Assembly: GCA_002269645.1 (NCBI GenBank)
Contig: NIVC01003846.1
Span: 1-33,192, forward strand
Direction: 5' to 3'
DNA: 33,192 nucleotides
Origin: Macrostomum lignano
Lineage: Eukaryota
The translations under genes were made by a program, and so were the position numbers. Below the pieces are notes generated by a model that searched no databases, was not told the DNA's origin, and worked only from the letters and a program-made list of their open reading frames with translations. This document shows positions 1 through 11,663 of the stretch, one piece after another. Every line of letters begins with the position of its first letter. Positions within the stretch are counted from its first letter, which is position 1.

Positions 1-2770
1 TTCAAAACTTTTACTTAACATTGAAACGGCTGAAGAGATTTTGACATTGGTTGATATTTAACTACACAATTACATTAGCCTTGAACTTGGCTATTTTTTG
101 TACGCTAACTATGTACACTTCATGTCAAACCTGAAAATTCTATACGCCAAGTGTATGCCAAGATTGTCAGCGAGAACAAAAATATGCCAGAAAATTTGGC
201 ATAAAGGTCACCTTCCGGACTATGGTATACATATAATGTCATATTTTTTTGAAAATAGATAATTTGAAGAATCCATTATATTGCATATAGTGTTGCAATA
301 GCAAATTGATTGATTTTATTGATTTCAACTTTATTGATGCAGTTGCAAAAAAGGTCCTTTATTGTCGCAATGCCTTATAGGCCCCATGTGTAAAGCATAA
401 TTGCTGGCTATGCACTGCAAGCAACTTCTATGGCAGCCACAAAATGTTCCCAAGCAGCTGGTGCATCTACAAGACTATGGCCTATAGGTTGTGTTGTGAC
501 TCCCAGTGGGGTTGTGTGACTTATTTTCTGGGGGTCGCAGCTCTAAGAAATGATAGACAAAAAACTTAATGATGCATTATATTGATTATAAAAGAGGTTG
601 CAAATGTTAAAAAAGTAATGCAAATGAATAAATTAAATTAGGGCTGCCTAAAAAGGTTGAGAGCTGCTGATATTTACTACTAGTTTTTGAAACTTATTTT
701 AATGACAATAGAGACTAAATATACCTTACTTTTAAAAATTAGTCAAGTAACCAAAAATAGATTTTTATTATGTTTTAATTATTTAAAACTTCAACTTTTT
801 ATTTATGTTTTTGCCTATTCTGTATATCTTGCTCATTTTTGCTTAAAACTTTGCTTTTTACTAATACTATTAATATATATTTTCTAATTTCAATATCTGT
901 GCAGGGCCCCTCCCGATTTCTTTATATAATAGTCACCGTTTAGTCAATTTGAATTCACGCCAAAACTAAGAAACATATTTTGTTTTAATACTTGTATTTT
1001 CTATAATATTTTGCGCTAACAAATTTTTGTTTAAAACTGTAGCAAATTTTAGTATAAATAGAAGCATTTTTGGCAGAGGAGAGACCAACCTTGCGTATTG
1101 CGGTTCTGCAATAAGTGATTGATAGCGAATAGTAAGAGTTCTGAGAAAATAAGAATCAAAGAAGTGTTTTCTATGTAAATTCCTTTTACGAAGTAAGAGT
1201 GAAATAGACTGAAGCATATACAGTACATACTATTGAGAAGCAGCAGTATTGAGTAGTAAGAGAATACAGAAGTAGATCTAAAGTGATACGTGTAAGAATA
1301 ACTGGAGGCTGTGACCCTCTGATCTCGGTAACACCCAAGGACTTGCAAACTTCATGAAATACATATACCAGTAAGCCAAAATACCACTCAGGCCAAATTA
1401 TTAAATAGAATGCTACCAGAATAACAGAATGCTACCAGAATAACAGAGGAGTAAAATCTTTCAGGGCTAACAGTTTTCTAAGAATAATACTCAGACTAAA
1501 TACGCAGACAAAATACTTAGACCTATTCTAATAAAAATTCTTATACTTATTCTAAGATTAATAATCTCATAATTTATTAATAGAATAGTCTTGGTGGCAA
1601 CTACCAACATTTATAAAAACAGGAGTTTAGCCCTTTGACAACTTTAGTAACAGCTATGGAATCATCTGAAGAGACAGAAGAATCAGCCCTTTGACAACTT
1701 GGTTGCAGCAGTGGGATAATTTCAGTGAGAGCAATTACGCCTTTGATATATCCAATGTCTTTTTAGCTTTTTTATCTATTATCTATTGATAACAATAAAT
1801 CTAATATAGCCAGAATAGCCTAAAACTTAGCAAAAATACCAAATAAGTCAGCTTTGGGCCTAAAATATATAGGAAAAATATATAAAAAAAACATTTTTGC
1901 TCTTATCATTATAATCAATAATTTTAATTGCTTCTTCTTATTGCATAAGCTATAATTTAATATATTAAAAGTTGCTTACTAACAAAGGGCAACAAAGCTA
2001 ACCTATTGAAAAAAGTGTGACAAATGTATGAGAGATTTATTCTGTTTTCTCTTGTTCATAATTGCTTTTTATTGTATGTAATTGCATTGCAAAGTTATTT
2101 ATTTGTAAAAAAAACCAGTGTAGGCAAGTCATAGGACTTTTATTAAAGTCCTTTTCTAAATCATATATTCCAAACAACTAGCTAACCAGGGCTAGAGCTA
2201 TGCATTTTTTGGGAGTATTGTTTTTACTCTTAGTCCTTGGTTCTAAACTTATGGTTAAAAGTTGAAAAGTGAAGACACTATCAATTTTTCACTTTTGCAT
2301 ATATATAATATGCAGCATTGGCTTTTTTATATTTCATAGTATTAATATTAAGCTCCTTTGAAGTTTTCCAGGCTACAATGTGTTCTCACAAACCATTCCT
2401 TTTTGCCATACCACCAAAGGGGTCTATCTGAAAAGTGCAGCAATTAGACAATCGCAAAATGGCATATTTTTCAATAGGGATACAAAAGAAAAGATTACTC
2501 TGACTCTGATTGATCTGTTTGTGCCTGTCTGCCTATATGATATTGTGCATAAATTATGCACCCTATTTTACAGTAAGGAAGTAAAGAATAATTGCAAGTT
2601 TAACCTACTCATTAAGTCTCAGTTATTGAGTGCCCAATATTACTAAATATGGGATTTAGATATACATTCCTGTAGCCATATCCGTACCTACAGTCAGTGG
2701 ATCTCTACTATTAAGTGACAATAAGTTTTATTGATTAATTGCATGTGCTTGTGCCAGCCAACCAGCAGCT

Positions 2771-4324
2771 ATGCGCCGCATTTATATTGGCAACTTGTCA
2801 TCGCGCGCAACCAAGCGCGATATTGCTAAGTTTTTCCATCGCTACGGCCCGCTGGAGGATATCCTGCTGCGTGACGGCTTTGGCTTCGTACAGCTGAGCT
2901 CCTCAACTGACGCCGAAGATGCTGTTGACTATCTGAACGGCCGGGACCTGTGCGGCAGCCGGGTGTCGCTGGAGATGGCCAGGTCGGAGCGCCGTGGCGG
3001 CCGCGATCGCTATGGTCCGCCAACGCGCACCAGGTACCTACTTTTAGTAGTATTATAACTGTTTTTTTGCCCTGCCACAACCAGCGCTGAGTCAATTCTG
3101 TCAATTCTGCTGACTCCTAAGCATGTAGAAGGTGTGCCCCCATACACACGCCCATTCAGTGCGTACAGTGGCCCTGACTTATAATCGCCAGGCATGTACA
3201 CTGTGCCTTAGGGAGATTGGCCGAGCACAACCCCAAATTAATGTGTAGATACCATTGAATTGCTTCGCCCCTTATTAATTTATTAATTTGTCATAGAACC
3301 GTTCTCTTAAAAGTTCGGCAAGTTCCAATCTATGCAGTACCATATTAATTTGGAGACGGCCCCCAACCTGGCCGCTGTACACTTCGGGTATTGTCTCGCC
3401 GCTGGTTGCGGGCTTTTGTCGCCTTGATTTGCGGCAGCACTCATAGCGGCCCCTGCAGGTAATTAACTAACCTGAATGTAGAGCCACAGGCACGTAAAAC
3501 TCGCGGTTATCACGTAATAATCAATGCTGTACAAAGCGACGAAAAACCATGTTTTGAGTGATTTGAGTCAGGAAAAATGAGTGAAACCTAAATTGAAACT
3601 CAATACACTATAGCTTTCTTGAAACCTGTCGCAAATGCCCTGGGCCTTATTGACGTATTTATGTCGCTAAGAATACTGCAAAAATCGCCAATTCAGGCAC
3701 CGCCTGGTTGTCAAGAACCTGGGCTCCGACGTCAAGTGGCAGGACCTTAAAGACCTGGTTCGCCGCGCCGGCGAGGTCACCTTCGCTGACGTACACCGAC
3801 CTGTTCGAGGCGAAGGCATCGTTGAATTTGAGAGTCGTGACGATATGCGCCGGGCGCTGAAGCAGTACGACGGATTCGAGTGGCACGGCCGCCGGCTGCG
3901 CCTGTCTGTTGACGGCGCCGACGACTCGCGACGGTCGCGCCGGTCCCGGTCTAGGTCCCGGTCCAGGTCCAGGTCCCGATCTAGATCCCGTTCTCGCACC
4001 CGTTCTCGGTCGCGCTCGCGACGGTCCAAGTCCAGGTCCCGGTCTAGGGACCGCTCGAAGTCCCGGTCGGTGTCTAGGTCCCGGTCCCAGTCCCGATCAC
4101 GTTCTCGTTCCAGGTCGCGCTCGCCGATAAATAACAACGACAAGGCCAAAGCTAGGTCGGCGTCCCGGTCCAAGTCCAAGTCTCGGTCTCCGTCCCGCTC
4201 GCGCTCCAATTCCCCCGGGTCGCGCCGTTCCCGCAGCGGCTCGCCCGGCGCCCGACGCGACAATAACGGCGCCGCTGCCGAGCGCCGGTCCCGAAGCCGC
4301 AGCGACTCCAGAGGCTCGCGCTGA
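2771..4324 (+). CDS. SRSF4/5/6: SR-family splicing factor, SRSF4/5/6 (B52/SRp55) type, copy A, complete; exons 2771-3033 and 3697-4324, 296 aa
   Basis: Exon 1 encodes RRM1 (RNP2 IYIGNL, RNP1-like GFGFVQL) and the YGPPTRT linker. Phase-2 intron 3034-3696 (CAG|GTACCT ... TTCAG|G). Exon 2 reads HRLVVKNLGSDVKWQDLKDLVRRAGEVTFADVH...GEGIVEF (pseudo-RRM with the SWQDLKD-type motif), then a long RS domain ending at TGA 4322-4324. The spliced frame is continuous (891 nt). Confidence 0.95.
3085..3270 (-). mobile_element. Degenerate tRNA-derived SINE (family 1), antisense in SR intron; duplicated at ~15909-16094
   Basis: Shares ATTAATTTGGGG, AAGGCACAG, the GTGTACA-TG-CCTGGC/GTCAGG-GCCAC-TGTACGC hairpin and TCAGCGCTGGTT with copies at 7340-7568, 21845-22042 and 26690-26955. 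Boundaries approximate. Confidence 0.65.
3310..3395 (+). mobile_element. Internally deleted SINE family 1 fragment, inverted relative to the copy at 3085-3270
   Basis: GTTCCAATCTATGCAGTACCATATTAATTTGG resembles the family B-box/post-head segment (CTCGATTCCAAGTGCAGTCGCATTAATTTTTGG in the 7.5-kb copy) and is followed by GGCCGCTGTACAC, the hairpin 3' arm. Confidence 0.5.
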
Positions 4325-6689
4325 TGTGGCGGCTAACAATGACTATGGAGAGCGGCAGCGGATGGCGCGGGCTAATTGCAGACTCCTGGTGGGCCCAGAT
4401 TCGCCGCCTGCCAAGCCAGCTCCCAGTATGTTTAGCCATTGTTATTGCCTGTCCTGTTGTTTTCTCTGTTTATCAATTAAGTTCGGGCCTGTTAAAAATG
4501 CTTATTTATCTGTTGTCTCCCTGATATTTATTTTGTGGCTGTTGTGTGTTTTCTTGCTGTCGCTGCTGCTGCTGCTGTTTCTTTTTAAAATCGGGATTTT
4601 CTGTTTGAAATTTACGTAAAAAAGCAAACGGTTTTCAGTAGTTAGGAAAGCAAATCCATGTTGTGTCCGTGTTTTAGGCTATTCCAGCAGGAGCAGCGGC
4701 TTCGGTGTTTATCTGTTCCGTATTTTGCACACACAATAACATCTTACTGAACCGCCGATCGTCCCTGAAATGCAAATTTCTGCCGTGTTTTTACCAGCCT
4801 GTTGGGGGTATTTCAAATGCAGCACACCGAGCAAATAACGGGACATTAATTTAAACTCTGCTACGGTTCTCCTACTACAAGTAGTGTAAAATCATTAATT
4901 CCTCACTAGTTTGTCATTTCTGCTTGGTCAATTTGTTCTTTGATATTGTAAAGCTCGAAAAATGTTAATTAACTTTTTTATCAAAGTTTTTTATTGCTGG
5001 CCTCTTATAATTTCTATAACAACACTGAACGCAACCTAAATCCATCAGTCGATATGTGAGGAAGTGTCGACTGGCGATTCATAATTTCCTTTTTATTGAA
5101 CGTGTTAGAAACCACAAGTTCTCTGTAAACAAGCTGTCCCCCTGTTCAACACCTTTATGGGTTCGCTGACCAGTTATTTTTAATAGCAGACATACGTTAA
5201 TAATTAATAAGCTATCCGGGCAACTTAGTTGGCTAAGCTCCAACTGATATAATATTTTAATAGCATGCGCGTCATTAGCCTGCATTATTATTAATTGCTG
5301 CTTTATCTACGCAATAATTTCTTTGTTTCTCTCACTCTTTCTGTCCATTTTCGATCAGCCCCCGGGGCCAGCCGACCCGCCGGTCCCAGTGCTGTGAGAG
5401 GGAGCTGAGCTGATCCGGCGCTGCGCTGAGCTGAGCCAAACCAATGGTGCCTTGGTGCTACACACCATGCGGGCAGGCCTAAGGTGTCTACAATTAGCAG
5501 GCGGAGATCTACATGCAACCTGGGTAACCAGGGTGACTGCGTGCATTGTGCAGTGTGGTGTGTTTGTCTACTGATAGAACTGATTGCAAAGTGTCCGCAG
5601 CCTGAAAAGTACATAAAAAGTGGCAAAGCATTCAGTACAATTAGCATAGCATATAATACTATTAGTAACGCGTACCGCACCATTATTAATGCTGAAAACC
5701 CTAATTAGATAACGAAGAGCTGGCTTTTGAGATGAGAGATCGGCGATTGCTTTACCTCCGTTCGGTAAGATAGATTGAATTTAAATTCACGTCGAAATGA
5801 GAAATAATTTAATAACAAAGCAATTTGCAGCTTAACATAATGTAGATGTTTTGACGGCTTTAATACCTGGCTTAGCAAGTCCTCGTTTTGCACAATTTTG
5901 AATTCCGTACCATTTATTAAATGAAAGTAAAGAATTGCCGTGAAAGATACTTTTAGGTCGTAGCAACGTTTTAAAGTCTAAAATTTGATAGGTAAAAGAA
6001 TCTGTTGGGTTATGCTGTTGCTAAGTATATTGTTACGGTTGTCGAACTCCTAAAATCAACATTTAGAAGTCGGTGCGTTGCTCCGCGTAAAAAGAGAGCT
6101 ACATTTATTTTGTGCCCTGCAACTGTGCCAACTGACCCGAGGCTGCGAGTGCGACCCCGGGTTGCCTGCAGGGGCCGCAGACTAGAGGGTCAGTCGAGCT
6201 GTGAGGCCGTGTCTGTCTACTGTTGCTAATTAGTACAGGTAGATGACGTTGGATATGCGTAATTTACTGACAGTAGTATATGATCCAGCTGGGTAATATT
6301 GTAGATAGATGCTATTATTGCCGGAACAGGTGATGCTTGTGACGTAGTAATGAAGCACTGATTAGTTGGGCGTAGCTGTATACAGTAGGTGAACCTGGTC
6401 GCGGCTGAATGGAACCGAGAGAGCCCGGCAGTCTTCCGAAGGGGAATGTTCGGGGAATCTGGTTCAATTCGAGAGCGGCAATGGGACAACAGTGTCGCTC
6501 CCCGGCCGTTAGGACGAAACATTGGAAGCCGTATCGCGCCCGTTGCTACAAACGTAGAAGGCCAATTTGATTCTATTGTGAGTAGATTACCCGTGAAAAT
6601 GTGTTAAACCTCGTGTAAATATAAACAACCGCAATCACTTAAGTCTTGGGATGAGAACTGTAAGCGTCACAGGACGCGTCCCAATGCTA

Positions 6690-7075
6690 GCCAGTTGACG
6701 AAACGCCGAGTGCGCGCCTGTCTTCGCCGGCAGGGTGCCCGCCGAAGTCGCCGACAGTGCAACAGGTCGGTTGGGTGACCAATCTTGAAGCTGACAAGCA
6801 GCAGGCCAGCATGCGCCTCGTCCACCTGCTGTTCGAGCGAGTCTTCTCAGCGTCCAAGTCTTGGCCACGATGTGGAGTAACGCACCGCCTTCTGTCGGTC
6901 TGGTATGGCCTCTGACTGCAGGACCAACCTCACAGAAGGAAACGCAGTCCGCAGCCCAGGCAAGCCAGTAACGATGCCAGAGATTCTCGAAAGCGTCTAG
7001 GAAACAGCTACCGCCGAGGTAGACGAACTGCTGACATCGCGGAAGTTCCGTCGCCTGTCCGTCAGCGTCTGTATA
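6690..7075 (-). mobile_element. Decayed RTE-clade LINE fragment (region C-terminal to the RT core)
   Basis: Minus-strand frameshifted pieces ELPRCQQFVYLGG, WLAWAA, ALLHIVAKTWTL and LEQQVDEAHAGLL follow the RTE pattern F-x-YLG ... AWAA ... LLY-x-x-ETWTL ... LD-x-x-x-x-x-LLR (motif order recalled, not searched). Confidence 0.75.
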
Positions 7076-7339
7076 AGAAGCCTAGAATTCACTCCTTGAG
7101 GAAGCTTACACTGGCATCTCTCTTATTTGTAATTAGTACTTTCGACACACTAATAGAGTACTAGAAAAACAGTTTAATAGCACTGATTTATCTACTTATG
7201 ATGTACTTTTATGTTGTAATTGTAAGTTCTTTGCTGCAGACTGTTGTATGGGATATTTACTTGGGAATCTTTACCCCGGTGAGAGGCATTACTGCCCATT
7301 CCGCCGACTCCCCTGAGCAGGCGCACAAGCGCGTGGATA

Positions 7340-7568
7340 CGTACGCGATCATACGCGCAGGCACACACTCACACAGGAGTGTACAGCGGCCCTAACTTTA
7401 TTTATCATTAGGCATGTACACTTCACTGTGCCTTGGGTACTGGCCCTCAAGGCCGTTAATTGCACGAGCAGAGCCAAGCCGAAGTTCCAATTTAGCCCCA
7501 AAAATTAATGCGACTGCACTTGGAATCGAGCCTGGGCCGCTGGCACATGAGAGCTGCGCACTGGCTCT
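7340..7568 (-). mobile_element. tRNA-derived SINE family 1 (duplicated at ~18752-18980)
   Basis: Minus strand shows a partial tRNA-like head with B-box GGCTCGATTCC, then ATTAATTTTTGGGG and the conserved hairpin at 7379-7421. Confidence 0.7.
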
Positions 7569-7811
7569 GGGGGGGGGGGCACGGACCCCCTTTGTACAAT
7601 ATGAAATCTTACAATTAAGATTATTTTTTCCTTTCACGAGTAGACGTATATGGAGCAATTACTGAATTATTGTCTTAAAATAATTGGATTGTCAATATTG
7701 ACGCAAGATATAAATCGAGGATTAGCCGCAGCACTTATTGCGTGCAGATTTTTTCAGGCTCGGTCGCTTTTTATACGAAAAAAAGGTAGTTATATAGATA
7801 GATTTCGTGTT

Positions 7812-7825
7812 GTTACCATGGAAAC
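7812..7825. promoter_or_regulatory. RFX X-box-like palindrome GTTACCATGGAAAC (also 19224-19237)
   Basis: Matches the GTTNCC-AT-GGNAAC consensus; no transcription start can be assigned nearby. Confidence 0.25.
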
Positions 7826-9108
7826 TTAATCGTCTGATTTTGAATTTGAAATATAAGCTTAGTCGCGCAGATTCTGTTGGCGCTTATTTTTATGTTATAA
7901 TAGTGAAAATTTGACACCTATGAAAAAATTTATGGCTAGTCTTTTTATTGCTTTACGTGTCTGGGTATACAAAGCTATATATACACTACAACGAACGGTG
8001 TCAGCGAACGGGCAATACAGCAATAAAAAGCTAATGAATGAAAAAAATCCCGACATCATGACAGTTAAATAAAGTTTCGTACCCAAATTATTCTAGCTAT
8101 TTTTTGGTATCAATATATGAAGCCTAACTCGGTTGTATTCTGGCTTGTAGTCTTTGATGTATTTTACTTGAATTTCCATTTTATCTCCATCTTCTTGAGT
8201 CGTTAGGTAAAGCACTTTCTTCTGACCGGTCCCCTAGCGTTTAGATATGAAATCCCAGGCGCAACCGCACAAACAAAACAAAGGAAACTAAATAGGTTTA
8301 ATTACGATCGCCGTATTTTTCTGCAGTAAAGAAATTGCATATTGATATTAAGTCTGCGTTCTAAATTCTATTCATGTACGTTGCGGACGTGCCGAAAGTC
8401 AAGTCTATTTTGCTGTGCAAAGTCAACACAGACTGTCAACGGACAATTGTCATTTTCTTACTAGGTGATTTTTCACAGCATTTTGGTTTAAACTTTGTCT
8501 TAAATAAAAACCAAGGCTCCCAGCTGGACTCCCAAGATACTCAGAAAACTTCACGAGCATGCTCTCGAATATTTTTACGAGCTATCTCATCCAATGACAT
8601 CGGATTTTTGTGCATGGATCGTGTCCCTGAATCCAACATCGTTAAGCCTTTCGCATGCCTATATAAGTGACGGCTACAGCGCTACAGATACTTTGAAGTT
8701 CAACTGTATCGAGTGGCACAGTTAAATCATCTGATTCTTTTCTTCTGATGAAAGTCTGACACATCTGTAAAAGTTTATTGGGTCAGGTTGCTAACCTGTA
8801 CTTCTAGGTAAAAAATCACAATAACGGTGGCGCTATATAAAATAATACGACTCTAAACAATCTTAATCTTGGATAAAAGGAATAAATATTAAATATGTAG
8901 GCTATCTACTAATTGTATATCAGATCTGCAATATGATGCGCCAATGACGGCAGTCTCTGGACTGCTCTTAAGCTAGTGCATAGTCCGGTACTTTCACGAG
9001 CGCATGCGAGACTAGATGCACTGTGCGGAAAGGAGTGGCAGGATGTCCGGTTGGAAAACTGTGGGAGATTTTTAACAGCGCATGCGCAATAGCGCAACAA
9101 ATTAAAAG

Positions 9109-9825
<717 letters not shown>

Positions 9826-9919
9826 TCAGAGTACACAGTTATCAAGTCAAGATGGCAGTCCATCTGCAGCGAGCGAGGAGGCAAAGCAGTTGTGCCCATC
9901 TACTAACTACTGGATATGT

Positions 9920-10593
9920 GTACATGTACACAGGCAAACACTGAAGAATGTACATTTACACAGGCAAACACTGAAGAATGTACATGTACACAAGCAAACA
10001 CTGAAGAATGTACATGTACACAGGCAAACACTGAAGAATGTACATGTACACAGGCAAACACTGAAGAATGTACATGTACACAGGCAAACACTGAAGAATG
10101 TACATGTACACAGGCAAACACTGAAGAATGTACATGTACACAGGCAAACACTGAAGAATGTACATGTACACAGGCAAACACTGAAGAATGTACATGTACA
10201 CAGGCAAACACTGAAGAATGTACATGTACACAAGCAAACACTGAAGAATGTACATGTACACAGGCAAACACTGAAGAATGTACATGTACACAAGCAAACA
10301 CTGAAGAATGTACATGTGCACAGGCAAACACTGAAGAATGTACATGTACACAGGCAAACACTGAAGAATGTACATGTACACAGGCAAACACTGAAGAATG
10401 TACATGTACACAAGCAAACACTGAAGAATGTACATGTGCACAGGCAAACACTGAAGAATGTACATGTACACAGGCAAACACTGAAGAATGTACATGTACA
10501 CAGGCAAACACTGAAGAATGTACATGTACACAAGCAAACACTGAAGAATGTACATGTGCACAGGCAAACACTGAAGAATGTACATGTACACAG
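9920..10593. repeat. 30-bp minisatellite GTACATGTACACAGGCAAACACTGAAGAAT, ~22.5 copies
   Basis: Head-to-tail exact 30-nt period with a few single-base variants; no spacers. Confidence 0.98.
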
Positions 10594-10646
10594 TAGGCAC
10601 ACATATTGAGGATATAACTTTACAACTGCGCTGACTTTCTCATTGT

Positions 10647-11663
10647 CAGGCGTCGTAGAACCTCTCTATCCGGTCCTCGGGTCTTTTGAAATTTCACAAT
10701 AGCAATCCGGTCCGGTCCGCTCAGGGTTTGCGTCTTCACAGCTCTCTTCTCTAATTTCCTCTCCTCTCTTCTCTTCTCCTCTCCTCTCTTCTTCTTTCCT
10801 CTCCTCTCCTTCTTTCCTCTCCTCTCCTCTCTCTTCTCCTCTCCTCTCCTCTCTTCTCCTCTCCTCTCCTCTCTTCTCCTCTCCTCTCTCCTCTCTTCTC
10901 CTCTCTTCTCTCTTTTCCTCTCCTCTCTCCTCTCTTCTCCTCTCCTCTCTTCTCTCTTCTCCTCTCTTCTCTCTTCTCCTCTCCTCTCTCCTCTCTTCTC
11001 CTCTCCTCTCTTCTCCTCTCCTCTCTTCTCTCTTCTCCTCTTCTCTCTTCTCCTCTCCTCTCTTCTCTCTTCTCCTCTCTTCTCCTCTCTCCTCTTCGCT
11101 CTTCTCCTCTTCCCTTCCTCTCCTCTTCTTTCCTCTCCTCTCCTCTCTTCTCCTCTCCTCTCTTCTCTCTTCTCCTCTCCTCTCTTCTCTCTTCTCCTCT
11201 CCTCTCTCCTCTCTTCTCCTCTCCTCTCTTCTCTCTTCTCCTCTCCTCTCTTCTCTCTTCTCCTCTCCTCTCTCCTCTCTTCTCCTCTCCTCTCTTCTCC
11301 TCTCTTCTCTCTTCTCCTCTTCTCCTCTCCTCTCTTCTCTCTTCTCCTCTTCTCTCTTCTCCTCTCCTCTCTTCTCTCTTCTCCTCTCTTCTCCTCTCTC
11401 CTCTTCGCTCTTCTCCTCTCCCCTCCTCTCCTCTTCTTTCCTCTCATATTCTTTCCTCTCCTTTCCTTTCCTCTCCTCGCCCTCCTCTTCTATCTCATCT
11501 CTTCTCTCCTCTCGTCTCGTCACTTTTCGCCTCGCCTTGCCTCTCCCTTATCGCCTCTCTTGTTTCCTATCTCTCATCTCTCTTCTCTCTCCTCTCCTCT
11601 AACTCTCAGTGATGCACTAGGTTTTCTATCTGACCCTTTAGATAAAAAGTTCGCCGACCCCTG
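10647..11663. mobile_element. Non-autonomous hAT (Charlie/Buster-like) DNA transposon remnant filled by a pyrimidine microsatellite
   Basis: Right end 11641-11663 (revcomp CAGGGGTCGGCGAACTTTTTATC) is a typical hAT TIR and is followed by ATCTAGAC, which fits the NTCTAGAN Charlie/Buster target preference. Left end 10647-10670 CAGGCGTCGTAGAACCTCTCTATC matches it at about 18/24 positions. No TSD on the left. Confidence 0.55.
10743..11600. repeat. ~860-bp polypyrimidine microsatellite built from CTCCT/CTCTT pentamers
   Basis: Almost exclusively C/T on the + strand; the E/R/K/G ORFs on the - strand are by-products. Confidence 0.97.

Noticed and set aside
687-2646. Short AT-rich ORFs upstream of the SR gene and a 19-bp tandem duplication at 1408-1445
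   Set aside because: No codon bias, domains or convincing splice pattern; ordinary intergenic or 5' flank sequence.
2751-2770. Acceptor-like GTGCCAG 13 nt upstream of the SR ATG (possible cis or spliced-leader trans-splice site)
   Set aside because: Plausible but weak pyrimidine tract; cannot be distinguished from chance without 5' cDNA ends.
3659-4439. Antisense and alternate-frame ORFs over the RS domain (RD-repeat ORF etc.), also 16483-17263
   Set aside because: Shadows of the GC-rich repetitive SR coding strand.
6504-6520. GGCCGTTAGGACGAAAC resembling hammerhead helix II plus GAAAC
   Set aside because: The required upstream CUGANGA core is absent.
7400-7470. Twister/pistol-like words (UAAC, GAGGG, CCCAAG, UUAGGGCC) on the minus strand of SINE family 1
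   Set aside because: Their order fits none of the twister permutations, the pistol pseudoknot topology is absent, and they are not conserved in the other copies.
9920-10593. CRISPR-like appearance of the 30-, 41- and 47-bp arrays
   Set aside because: Units are head-to-tail with no unique spacers, there are no cas genes, and the context is eukaryotic.
9903-10609. Five long ORFs (TQANTEEC, HVHRQTLKN, CTFFSVCL repeats), also at 21110-21846
   Set aside because: By-products of a stop-poor 30-bp repeat; the array lies in an intron of gene X.
10620-11523. 275- and 285-aa E/R/K/G-rich ORFs
   Set aside because: Translation of a purine microsatellite; no coding signal.
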